A DNA stretch of 32,000 nucleotides from Ktedonobacterales bacterium (GCA_030167145.1 CP126532.1:2040001-2072000); one strand, 5' to 3'. Shown: positions 16,192-24,487, counted from the first letter of the stretch. Numbers and translations are program-made. The notes: a model not told the origin generated them from the letters alone.

Positions 16192-18471
16192 GTGGATATT
16201 TTAAAGCGGTTTCCTCGCCATCTCGATCTGCGCTATCGCATTCGCAATCTCGCCATCCGCACGTGGTTTCCGCGCGAACTCAACCTCTCGACACTCAATC
16301 TCACATTTCGTAGGAAACTCCCCAGCAGCATCACCATTGGCCACCGCACCTTCACCCTCCCCGCGCGCCTACGCTCGCGCTGGCTCATGGGGGGATTGGC
16401 AGTGATGCTGACGATCTGCCTCGTCTCCTCTATCGCCCTGGGCATCCATGCCTTCACGTCGAGCCTTCCACCGCTACGTGCCGTGCTTCCGGGGCAGCAA
16501 ATCTGGAATGACGGCGCATCATCGCTGCTCTTCGGCACCAATGATACCTATGAGTGGTCGTCGCAGAATCTGGAAACTAACCCCGATATGCGCAAGGCGC
16601 TCCGCAACGCTGGCTTCACCCTCGTCCGCAGTTTCTTCCCTGATAATGCCTCCGACGCCGTGATTGACCAGCGTATCACGACCATCGAAGATATTGGCGC
16701 GCAGTGTCTGGGCGTTATCACCAACATCAGCAATACCGCCTTCGACAAGCATCTCGTCACCTATCTCGGCCCGCGCTGCCAGATGTACGAATTCGGCAAC
16801 GAACCGGATCTCAACAATATCTCGCTGAGCATGTACCTCAAACAGTGGAATACCCTCGTGCCCCAACTCCGGCGCATCAATCCCACGGCGAAGTTCATCG
16901 GCCCGGTCACGGCCACGGCCGACGGCAAGAACGACTTCATGCGCGGCTTCCTCGACGGCGTCAAGTCGTCGGGCATCTTGCCCGATGCGATCAGCTTCCA
17001 CTGGTATCCCTGCTGGAATATGTCGCGCGATGATTGCCTCAGCAAAGCCGATTCCTACGCGGACGTGGCGACGAACATTCGCCGCGAGGTCCGCGACACC
17101 CTGGGTAAAGATCTGCCCGTGGGCATCAGCGAATGGAACTACGATCCTGGCAACCCACCGCCCGACTATGGCGACGAGGCCAGCTTCATCACTCAGTTCA
17201 GCCAGCGCGCTATTCAGGCGATGGTCGAGGCGGGGGTCGCCTTCGCTTGCCAGTTCGATGCCGCCAGCTACTCCGGCTACGGACGCCTGGACATGTTCAA
17301 TGTCGCGACCGGCCAGCCCAAGCCACAGTTTCTTGCGCTCAAGCAATTGATACAGCAGTATCGCCCCGCGACCGTGGCCGCCTCACCCGCAGCGACCACC
17401 CCTAGCGCCCCGCCCGCAGGCAACGGCGCGTTCGGCCCACTCGTCTCGCGCGGAAAGGCGGTCTACTGCTCGCCCAACAACGCGGGCGCGGGTGGACCGC
17501 AGGCGCTGGTGAGCGGCCACTACGGCCAGTGGTCGTTCTGGCGCACCGACCTGGGCGCGCTGCCCGCGTGGTGCGCGATTCACGTGGGCGCTGGCCCCGC
17601 GCGCCTGCTGATGACATGGGATAGCGACTACGTGTTCGACTACATCACCGATACCGGCATGCAGCCGCAGGACTACACCATCGCCGTCTCCGGCGATAGC
17701 ACGGACGGGGTGAACGGCACGTGGCAGACCGTCGTCACGGTGACGGACAACCACGCGCGCACCCGCGAGCACCTGCTGCCTTTTGCGGGTATGTCGTGGG
17801 TGAAGATGACCGTGACGCAAGGCCAGCCCCACGCCAGCCAGCCCTACCTGACGATTGACCAGATTGACCTCTACGATGTCTCGGCTGGACTGAGCGACAC
17901 GTTCCTCTTTTCTGGCGATTCGATCAGCGCCATCGCGTATAACCGCTTCGACGAGAACACTCCCGCGTTTGCCGATGTCGTGCATGCGGCGTATCCCGCC
18001 CGCTTCCCCGCGACCCTGGACGAAGGCTTCGGTGGCTGGACCTCCGACGGTGCGGTGCAGAACATTGACCAGTTCCTCGCCCTCAATCCTGATATTCAGT
18101 ACTGGCTGCTCGGCTGGGGCACCAACGACGCCTTCTCGCAGGTGTCGCCGGACCACTTCCGCGCCAATATGCAGACGCTCGTGGATAAGATTCGCCAGGC
18201 GGGGCATACCCCGATCCTGGCCCACATCCCCTATATCAACCGCCCTGGCAACGACGGTGCGACGCTCAACCATGAGGTCCGCGCGCTCAACGCGGTTATT
18301 GACCAGATCACGCAGGACAATGGTCTCATCCCTGGCCCGGACTTCTACACCCTCTTCCACTCACATACCAGCACCTACTATCTCTCGGACGGCACCCACC
18401 CCAGCCCGGCGGGTGCCATCGCGATGAACCGCGCCTGGTTCGACGTCTTGCGCTCGCGGCTTTTCGCATAG
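16192..18471 (+). CDS. Membrane-anchored tri-domain carbohydrate-active enzyme: clan GH-A-like TIM-barrel glycosidase, discoidin/CBM-like domain, SGNH/GDSL esterase
   Basis: 759 aa; the start is uncertain (GTG 16192; ATG 16387 is the alternative). Basic N-terminus plus TM helix (GGLAVMLTICLVSSIALGIHAF). Candidate acid/base YEFGNEPD (E204) and nucleophile GISEWN (E314). After a Pro/Ala/Thr linker comes a ~150-aa beta-sandwich-like region. SGNH blocks: FSGDSIS (block I), GWGTNDA (block III), DGTHP (block V). Confidence 0.8.
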   Translation: MDILKRFPRHLDLRYRIRNLAIRTWFPRELNLSTLNLTFRRKLPSSITIGHRTFTLPARLRSRWLMGGLAVMLTICLVSSIALGIHAFTSSLPPLRAVLPGQQIWNDGASSLLFGTNDTYEWSSQNLETNPDMRKALRNAGFTLVRSFFPDNASDAVIDQRITTIEDIGAQCLGVITNISNTAFDKHLVTYLGPRCQMYEFGNEPDLNNISLSMYLKQWNTLVPQLRRINPTAKFIGPVTATADGKNDFMRGFLDGVKSSGILPDAISFHWYPCWNMSRDDCLSKADSYADVATNIRREVRDTLGKDLPVGISEWNYDPGNPPPDYGDEASFITQFSQRAIQAMVEAGVAFACQFDAASYSGYGRLDMFNVATGQPKPQFLALKQLIQQYRPATVAASPAATTPSAPPAGNGAFGPLVSRGKAVYCSPNNAGAGGPQALVSGHYGQWSFWRTDLGALPAWCAIHVGAGPARLLMTWDSDYVFDYITDTGMQPQDYTIAVSGDSTDGVNGTWQTVVTVTDNHARTREHLLPFAGMSWVKMTVTQGQPHASQPYLTIDQIDLYDVSAGLSDTFLFSGDSISAIAYNRFDENTPAFADVVHAAYPARFPATLDEGFGGWTSDGAVQNIDQFLALNPDIQYWLLGWGTNDAFSQVSPDHFRANMQTLVDKIRQAGHTPILAHIPYINRPGNDGATLNHEVRALNAVIDQITQDNGLIPGPDFYTLFHSHTSTYYLSDGTHPSPAGAIAMNRAWFDVLRSRLFA

Positions 18472-18506
18472 GCAGGTAGCACTCATAGCAGACGGCACAC
18501 CCTATG

Positions 18507-18536
18507 TTGACGGCTCATGGCGACAGCACGTATGAT
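18507..18536 (+). promoter_or_regulatory. Sigma70-like promoter candidate for hicAB
   Basis: TTGACG (18507-18512), 18-nt spacer, TATGAT (18531-18536). SD GGGAGGGG and ATG 18561 follow closely. Confidence 0.4.
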
Positions 18537-18560
18537 GCAGAGCGAGCATGGGAGGGGTGG

Positions 18561-18785
18561 ATGCCGCGAAAATTGCGCGCCCTGCGAGCCGAATTACGGC
18601 GCGCTGGCTTTGCGCCGGACCATCAGACCGGCAGCCATCAAGTATGGAAACATCCCCTTCTCCCCGGAGTCAGCGCCAATCTGGCAGGAAAAGATGGTGC
18701 GGACGCCAAACGCTATCAGGAGCGCGAGGTCCAAGCAGCGCTCCATAGGCTCGCGGAAGCACAGCGGAGGCAGCAGCAACCATGA
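18561..18785 (+). CDS. hicA: HicA-family type II toxin (mRNA interferase)
   Basis: 74 aa from ATG 18561, preceded by GGGAGGGGTGG. KLRALRAELRRAGF...TGSHQVWKHPLLPG..AGKDGADAK matches the HicA pattern (dsRBD-like fold with the conserved GSH...HP). The stop overlaps the next start (ATGA at 18782-18785). Confidence 0.75.
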   Translation: MPRKLRALRAELRRAGFAPDHQTGSHQVWKHPLLPGVSANLAGKDGADAKRYQEREVQAALHRLAEAQRRQQQP

Positions 18786-19009
18786 GCGATACTCCACACT
18801 ACTCGATGCTGATCCAATGGTCCGATGAAGACCAAACCTATCTCGTTACCCTTCCCGAATGGGCCGAGCGTGTGCTTGGGCCAGTGAGCCATGGCAACAC
18901 CTATGAAGAGGCTGTCCAGCATGGCCGCGAAGCTTTGGAAGCGCTGATCGCCTCAGCCCATAAACACAACGAACCGTTGCCGCACCCACACATCGTAGCC
19001 GGAGTGTGA
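18782..19009 (+). CDS. hicB: HicB-like antitoxin, short form without recognisable DNA-binding domain
   Basis: 75 aa. YSMLIQWSDEDQTYLVTLPEW....GNTYEEAVQHGREALEALI matches the HicB N-terminal (partial RNase-H-like) domain. Toxin-then-antitoxin order and the 4-nt overlap are typical of hicAB. Confidence 0.7.
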   Translation: MSDTPHYSMLIQWSDEDQTYLVTLPEWAERVLGPVSHGNTYEEAVQHGREALEALIASAHKHNEPLPHPHIVAGV

Positions 19010-19149
19010 TGCATATCGTTTGGTGAAGCGCACGACTCATGCGATGAACCGCGACACTCTCCGCCCCTGCCTCTTCAGTTGACCAAATGCGCCTCATCCC
19101 GCCGCCTGACGCCGCGCGCAGTGATCTCGAATGAGACATCCACATATGC

Positions 19150-19177
19150 TTGCCACGCTTGACATACCCACTATATT
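19150..19177 (+). promoter_or_regulatory. Sigma70-like promoter candidate upstream of the M48 peptidase gene
   Basis: TTGCCA (19150-19155), 16-nt spacer, TATATT (19172-19177). Each hexamer matches consensus at 5 of 6 positions. It lies ~100 nt upstream of ATG 19279. Confidence 0.35.
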
Positions 19178-19278
19178 GGAAGCATGCCGGGCACGTGTCG
19201 CACTGCGATTTTCCAAGCGTGCCGACGCTTCACATCGCGTTTTAGCACATATGACGAGGGAGGGCGCGGATACAACCG

Positions 19279-20622
19279 ATGGCCGCTACTGCCACTATGG
19301 TTCGCTGCCCGCTCTGCGGTGCCACGGTGGCTCCTGACCAGTGGGGTCTCGTCGAATGCTCCTGCGGCTGGGGCGGCCACGGCGACCCGCTCGAATCCGC
19401 CCGTGGACTCCGCCGTCTCGTCATGCGCGTAGATCGCCGCCTCGCCACCCGCACAGCTCGCGCCGACCTCGTCCGCCTCGGCAGTGGGCACTGGCAGCCT
19501 GGTCGGCTTGGCCTCGTCTATATGCTGGCCCTCCTCCTGGCGAGCACGCTGATCTATATGGTGATCGCCGCCGTTCTCGTCGGACTCGCCGCATTCGCCT
19601 TCAGCCTGATCCGCGACCATGCCTGGATTGGCGCGAGTGTCATCGCCTTCCTCTTTGTTGTCTTTAGCCTCTCGCTGCTGCTCGACCGTATCCGACCCAA
19701 GGGCGTCGAAGCGCCCCGCGCGCGCTTCCCGCGCTTGTGGGCCGCGCTCGACGATGTCCGCGCGCGCACTGGCGCGCCGTTGCCACATCGTGTCATACTC
19801 GTTCCCCAGGCCAACGCCTATGTCTTCCAGCACCGTCCGCTGCGCCGGCTCTTCCGCCGCGAATTAGTATTGGCGCTGGGTGCGGGTTGCCTCCCATTGC
19901 AAAGCGAACTGGACGTGCGCTCGCTGCTCGCGCACGAACTGGCGCACTATCGCCACGGCCATACCGCCCTGCATCGCTACTACGCTCGCGCCGAGCGTGC
20001 GCTTTCCGACTTCACCAACATGCTCACCGAGGCGGGCGAAACGCACGGCGTTCTCACGCGCTCCTATCGAACGGGGGGCAGTTTCAGCTTCGTCGTCGGG
20101 GCAGGCGCCATGCTCGCCCTGCTCTTCACGCTGCCCCTACGTCTCATCCTCTTCATTTTCCATCTGTTGCGGCTGGCCGAGAGTCGCGCGGCAGAGTTCG
20201 AGGCCGACCGCACCGCCATCAACGCTTATGGCTCTCAGGCGCTTGCTGACAACCTCACCGCCCTTCTTGTCGCCGATCACACGCTGCGGGGCACCGCGTC
20301 ATCGCTGCGCGCCGACATGCTCAAACACAATAGTCGCAGCATCTACGCCGAGATGCGCCGCCACTATGCCGCACTGCCGCCCACTGTGATCCTCCACCTG
20401 CGCCAGGAGTCACTGCGCGAGTTCCGCTCGCTGGAGCGCAGCCACCCGACGACGCCCGACCGCCTGCGCGCCGCCTCTATCGCCGCCGTCCCCCCACCGC
20501 CCGACGTGCCGCACACGACATCCACTGATCTCCTCACCCCCGCTGGCGCGACCGGACCCGAAGATGTGGAAGCCGAGCTTACCGCATTGCTCTTCGCAGA
20601 ACGGCACAGTCGGCGTCGCTGA
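19279..20622 (+). CDS. Membrane M48-family zinc metallopeptidase with N-terminal zinc-ribbon-like motif
   Basis: 447 aa. CxxC...CxC motif (VRCPLCGATV...VECSCGWGG). Hydrophobic helices include LVYMLALLLASTLIYMVIAAVLVGLAAFAF and IGASVIAFLFVVFSLSLLL. HExxH site LLAHELAHYRHGH. The downstream AAEFEADR third-ligand motif is typical of M48 (HtpX/Ste24-like) peptidases. Confidence 0.8.
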   Translation: MAATATMVRCPLCGATVAPDQWGLVECSCGWGGHGDPLESARGLRRLVMRVDRRLATRTARADLVRLGSGHWQPGRLGLVYMLALLLASTLIYMVIAAVLVGLAAFAFSLIRDHAWIGASVIAFLFVVFSLSLLLDRIRPKGVEAPRARFPRLWAALDDVRARTGAPLPHRVILVPQANAYVFQHRPLRRLFRRELVLALGAGCLPLQSELDVRSLLAHELAHYRHGHTALHRYYARAERALSDFTNMLTEAGETHGVLTRSYRTGGSFSFVVGAGAMLALLFTLPLRLILFIFHLLRLAESRAAEFEADRTAINAYGSQALADNLTALLVADHTLRGTASSLRADMLKHNSRSIYAEMRRHYAALPPTVILHLRQESLREFRSLERSHPTTPDRLRAASIAAVPPPPDVPHTTSTDLLTPAGATGPEDVEAELTALLFAERHSRRR

Positions 20623-20654
20623 ACAGTGGTAACGCCAGCCTGACCGCGACGACG

Positions 20655-20671
20655 CCCTACGCACTGTAGGG
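20655..20671 (+). terminator. Weak hairpin after the M48 gene (one of several overlapping alternatives)
   Basis: CCCTAC-GCACT-GTAGGG, 33 nt after the stop at 20622. It overlaps the alternative stems CTACGC/GCGTAG (20657-20679) and GGGA/TCCC (20669-20683). No U-tract. Confidence 0.25.
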
Positions 20672-20750
20672 AAGCGTAGTCCCAAGGGACATGATTGATG
20701 ACGATGTGGCGCTACTGTCTAGATCACACACCGGAAGGAGAGGAGCGCGT

Positions 20751-21095
20751 ATGCATGTTGTTCAACAGATATTCCCGATTTTCTTTGTCATTTCATGGGT
20801 CGGCATAGCGATCACCCTGTTCTTGCGCCTCCGTGCAAAGCAACGCGACTATCTGCGGCGGTTCCCTCCAGTAGCTGGCATTCCGCTCGATATGTATATG
20901 GGTGGGAATCCGTTTGGCGCGGTGAATCGCGCGATCTTCCGGGTCTCGTGGCGGCGTCAGGCCGACCCGGAATTGGAGCAATTCCGGCGCGCGGTGTGGC
21001 GTCGCTCTCGTGCCCTTGCTTTTTGGACTGTTGGGTTTCCGCTCCTGACTTTCGCCATCGTGGCGCTTTTGATCCTCGCTGGGTATGTGCATTAG
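20751..21095 (+). CDS. Small two-TM membrane protein, unknown function
   Basis: ATG 20751 is preceded by GGAGAGGAG. 114 aa. TM helices IFPIFFVISWVGIAITLFL and FWTVGFPLLTFAIVALLILAG flank an Arg-rich loop. Lower G+C than the flanking genes. Confidence 0.6.
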   Translation: MHVVQQIFPIFFVISWVGIAITLFLRLRAKQRDYLRRFPPVAGIPLDMYMGGNPFGAVNRAIFRVSWRRQADPELEQFRRAVWRRSRALAFWTVGFPLLTFAIVALLILAGYVH

Positions 21096-21129
21096 CAGTA
21101 ATCGCCAGCGCGGCGACAGCACCACAGTG

Positions 21130-21189
21130 CTGAACTACTACAACGCGCGGTATTATGATCCGGTTGCGGGGCGGTTTGATGCACAATAG
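21130..21189 (+). pseudogene. Relic of an Rhs/YD-repeat core (RYYDPxxGRF motif), truncated on both sides
   Basis: Frame 1 translates to LNYYNARYYDPVAGRFDAQ followed by a stop. The frame is open only over 21073-21189 (upstream stop TGA 21070-21072). RYYDPxxGRF is the hallmark of the RHS repeat-associated core. Confidence 0.7.
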
Positions 21190-21208
21190 GTGCTTGCGAA
21201 GAAAGTAG

Positions 21209-21622
21209 GTGGTCATGGACACTGAGCAGCAAATGCCAGCCATAAGCATAGGGGAGGTGGTGGCGGTTCTGATAACTATACTTGGATTCATCGGGACAAT
21301 AGCGTTGATCCGAACGATCTCACCGAACTTCGCACATATGCCACCCGGCACAACGGATTGGCTTGTGGCGCGACTGGCGATTGGCGTATATGCACTCATT
21401 GGCGGCGTCGCGGTCATCGCTGTACGAGTTCATACAACCCGAGCCTCCCTGCATTACCGGCTCGCATCTCACCCTGGTTGGCTCATGGTTACTGGCGGTG
21501 TTATCCTTGATGGCATACTGCTCATCGTCGAGAGATACCCAGAACTAGCGGCTATTTCCGGTATTGTTGCTATCGTTACGAGCATAGCAACGCAAATGTT
21601 TGTGTTTGCACTCAAACGTTGA
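21209..21622 (+). CDS. Four-TM small membrane protein, unknown function (possible immunity-type protein)
   Basis: 137 aa from GTG 21209; ATG 21215 lies directly after AGGTGG. Four hydrophobic helices: ISIGEVVAVLITILGFIGTIALI, LVARLAIGVYALIGGVAVIAV, GWLMVTGGVILDGILLIV, LAAISGIVAIVTSIATQMFVFAL. It starts 19 nt after the Rhs relic stop. Confidence 0.6.
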   Translation: MVMDTEQQMPAISIGEVVAVLITILGFIGTIALIRTISPNFAHMPPGTTDWLVARLAIGVYALIGGVAVIAVRVHTTRASLHYRLASHPGWLMVTGGVILDGILLIVERYPELAAISGIVAIVTSIATQMFVFALKR

Positions 21623-21675
21623 CACCCTCGACAACACCAGCGGGCTAGTGGACGCTGAGCAGTTATATTATCGTT

Positions 21676-22149
21676 ATGGCGGTGTGCGCTTCGCCACGGG
21701 AACCATATGCAAAGGCACAGATTGCCATGGGAGTTGATTGTCACGGATGGGTCGAGGTGCGTGACCCCACCACACCCGCCACTGAGGGCTTGCGTTTCCC
21801 AGGCTGGTGGAGCGGGGTGATCCGCATGAAAGATATCGTCGAACGTAACTATCAGGTGTTCGGCTACTTCTTCGATGTGCGCAATCCCTTCGAGACGGCG
21901 CTCGCGGGTCGCCGTGGCATCCCCTGGCACATGTCGCAAGAGGCACTGGCGGATGTGATTGACCCAAACGACCTGCCCGCCGTCTCCTGGGTGCTATGGT
22001 CCGAGATACTGGCCAGCGATTGGCAGTCCAAGCTTACACTACCTCCTGGCTGGAGCCTGCTGTTCGCGCTCATAGAGCAACTCGCAGCCTATTATAGCGG
22101 AGACCGTGTCAGGCTCGTCATCTGGTTTGATGACTCTATTGGGATCTGA
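21676..22149 (+). CDS. Hypothetical soluble protein, no family recognised
   Basis: 157-aa ORF; the alternative start is ATG 21727 (MGVDCHGWVEV). No TM segment and no motif I can assign. It is the last ORF of the lower-GC islet and is convergent with the flippase gene. Confidence 0.5.
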   Translation: MAVCASPREPYAKAQIAMGVDCHGWVEVRDPTTPATEGLRFPGWWSGVIRMKDIVERNYQVFGYFFDVRNPFETALAGRRGIPWHMSQEALADVIDPNDLPAVSWVLWSEILASDWQSKLTLPPGWSLLFALIEQLAAYYSGDRVRLVIWFDDSIGI

Positions 22150-22222
22150 TAACCCGCCACGGCGAGTTTTGCGGCCGCAGGCCTTCAGGCGCGGTTTCAA
22201 CTGCCCGCCACCCCACCCCGTC

Positions 22223-24487
22223 TCACTCGAACAGGGGGCGGTAATCCAGTTCGTATGATGGCTCGCGCAGCGCACGTTCGCCGGTCACTTTCGCGGGCAC
22301 GCCGCCCACCACGGTGTACGGCTCCACGTCGCGTGTGACTACTGCGCCCGCCATGACTACCGCGCCCTCGCCAATCGTCACCCCCGCCAGAATGGTCGCG
22401 CGCGCGCCAATCCAGGCGTAATCGTCAATCACGATTGGCTTATATTCATCCCTGAAGTTGGGGTCGTTCATATCGTGCGTTCCCGTCACCATCCAGACCC
22501 CGGCCGAGATGCTCACGTGCTGCCCAATCACCAGCCCACCGGTCGTATAGATCAGGCAGCCATGATTGATCACCGTGCCCCGGTCAATCGAGACACGTTT
22601 TCCACTGGTGCGGATCCCCGCCATCTGCACACGCTGTCCCATCAGAATCGAGGCGCCAGGGCCGATGTACCACCCCAGCATACGCCGGTACCAGGCGTGG
22701 CGGATCGTGAATGACGGAACGTAGGCGATAATATTGCTCGTCGTGTACTTCACCACCGCGGCCAGCGCATAGCGCATCGCCGTGCGGGAACGCCCCACGC
22801 CATTCGCGAAATTGCGTTTCATCCTGACGCCCTCCACCCGGACCCAGCCAATCGCGCCGCGTGCCGATTGGTCGTCGTCAAAGCGTGGCTGGGTGTCGCG
22901 CTCATCCCGCCCCAGCGGAACTGAAGCGACACCCCTGCGCTTATGCCGTATCGCGCTTGCCAACGCCGAAATGTCTTCTCGTGGAATCGTGCCCAGAATC
23001 GCCGCCGCACTGAGATACACCAGCGCCGCCGTTGGCAGCATCACAAAGATGCTGACCGTGCCGAGGAGATGAATCACCACGGCCATCACCAGGGCCGCGC
23101 ACACGGCCTTTAGCGCTACACGCAGGCTGCCCAGTGGGAGGAAGCGTCGCATAATCAGGGCCACACCGATGCACATCAGCAAAAGCTCCGTCAGCGAGGT
23201 GGCCATCGCCGCGCCCACATGCTGGTAGCGCGGAATCAAGAACAGATTGACGCCGAGGTTGAACACCAATGCTATGGCTGCCATGAGCGTAATCTTCTTT
23301 TCTTGTTTGGTGCTCATCAGAATCGTACTGATGGCCGAATTGACGTACAAAAAGACCAGTCCGGGGGCCAGCGCTTGCAGCGCGGGGATGGTGTGGAGGA
23401 ACTCTTGCCGGTGATAGAGAAAGCCAACGATACTCGCCGCGCCAACAATGAGCGCCGTCGCTACTGGCAGCGCGAAGAAGAGCAAGAAGTTCAGCGTCTT
23501 TTCGAGGGCCAGCTTGAGGCGCTTTTCAGAGGCTGGATCAGAGGTGGCCGAGAATTGCGAGAAGACTGGATAGAGAATCGCCATGATGATGATATTCGGC
23601 AGAAAGCAGAGGGTATCGAAGAGCCGGTAGCCCGCGCCATACCACCCCACCACCGCGTCATTGGTGAAGAGCGAGAGCAACACCGTATCAATGCGGTAAT
23701 AGATCACGCCGAGTACGCCATACGCCAGAAACGGTAGCGCCGAACGCACCAGTTCCCGAATGTGCGACCGGTCGAAGCTGAAGCCAATGCCCGTCAGGCG
23801 GAAGAACCAGAATCCTTGCCAACTCGCCGTCAGCAGCGCCCCGCCCAGCAGCACCAGCGCCATCACCTCCACGCCCGCGCCCAGCCGCAGCAGCAGAATG
23901 CCAATCGCCGCGCCCAGTCCTTTTTCCAGAATGGTGCCGACCACGGGAAAAACCGCGTGCTGCACCGCATAGTGCAGCGAGGCGAATGTGCTGGCGACCG
24001 CGCTCCACAGCAAGGTGAAGCCACAGATCGCCACCAGCGCCCGCTCTTGCGCGTCGTAGCCCAGCAGCCAGCAGAGCAGCAGAATCAGCGCGTAGAGCGC
24101 CAGCCACAGCGTACTCTTGATAATGAGGGTGCTGGTAAAATAGCGCCGCGCCTGCTCTGGTTTCTGCGCGATGTCGCGGATCAACTGCTGATTGAAGCCG
24201 AACTCCAATGGGAAACCGATTAACGCGACAAAACTGATGGCGAAGTAGAGCTGCCCAAACTTCGCATCGCCGAGGAAACGCCCGTAGGCCATCGTCAGCA
24301 GTAGCGTGGAACCCCAGGTCACCGCCTGGCCTATCAGCGACAACATCGTATTACTGATAATGCGGCGGAGAATCGCCGCGCCGTGTTCATGGCTCTGTTC
24401 GCCAGCGATGCGCAGTGTCTCGGCGGCGAGCGCTTCGACACTGAGGGGGATGGTCGTCGCGCTACGCTCTTCTTGAGCGGAGATCAT
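22223..24487 (-). CDS. Wzx/MOP-family oligosaccharide flippase fused in frame to a hexapeptide-repeat (LbH) O-acetyltransferase
   Basis: 754 aa. The N-terminal ~500 aa is polytopic, with many hydrophobic helices in a polysaccharide-biosynthesis/MOP flippase pattern. The C-terminal 199 aa is a WcaF/LacA-like acyltransferase (IGPGASILMG...IGQHVSISAGVWM...DDYAWIGARATILAGVTIGEGAVVMAGAVVTRDVEPYTVVGGVPAK). ATG 24487 overlaps the ATP-grasp stop (ATGA). Confidence 0.85.
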   Translation of the reverse strand: MISAQEERSATTIPLSVEALAAETLRIAGEQSHEHGAAILRRIISNTMLSLIGQAVTWGSTLLLTMAYGRFLGDAKFGQLYFAISFVALIGFPLEFGFNQQLIRDIAQKPEQARRYFTSTLIIKSTLWLALYALILLLCWLLGYDAQERALVAICGFTLLWSAVASTFASLHYAVQHAVFPVVGTILEKGLGAAIGILLLRLGAGVEVMALVLLGGALLTASWQGFWFFRLTGIGFSFDRSHIRELVRSALPFLAYGVLGVIYYRIDTVLLSLFTNDAVVGWYGAGYRLFDTLCFLPNIIIMAILYPVFSQFSATSDPASEKRLKLALEKTLNFLLFFALPVATALIVGAASIVGFLYHRQEFLHTIPALQALAPGLVFLYVNSAISTILMSTKQEKKITLMAAIALVFNLGVNLFLIPRYQHVGAAMATSLTELLLMCIGVALIMRRFLPLGSLRVALKAVCAALVMAVVIHLLGTVSIFVMLPTAALVYLSAAAILGTIPREDISALASAIRHKRRGVASVPLGRDERDTQPRFDDDQSARGAIGWVRVEGVRMKRNFANGVGRSRTAMRYALAAVVKYTTSNIIAYVPSFTIRHAWYRRMLGWYIGPGASILMGQRVQMAGIRTSGKRVSIDRGTVINHGCLIYTTGGLVIGQHVSISAGVWMVTGTHDMNDPNFRDEYKPIVIDDYAWIGARATILAGVTIGEGAVVMAGAVVTRDVEPYTVVGGVPAKVTGERALREPSYELDYRPLFE

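Noticed and set aside
16519-18360. Minus-strand ORFs 16519..17346 (275 aa) and 17383..18360 (325 aa)
   Set aside because: They are antisense to the GH-discoidin-SGNH gene and give no recognisable motifs, only Arg/Ala/Gly-rich shadow frames.
19171-19833. Minus-strand ORF of 220 aa opposite the start of the M48 gene
   Set aside because: Its composition is shadow-like, and it overlaps the promoter-like region and the clearly motif-bearing plus-strand gene.
20812-21417. 201-aa minus-strand ORF spanning the lower-GC islet
   Set aside because: It would run antisense across two plus-strand ORFs that have good SD sites, and across the Rhs motif, whose RYYDPxxGRF reads only on the plus strand. It has no SD and a non-protein-like Arg/Thr/Pro-rich sequence.
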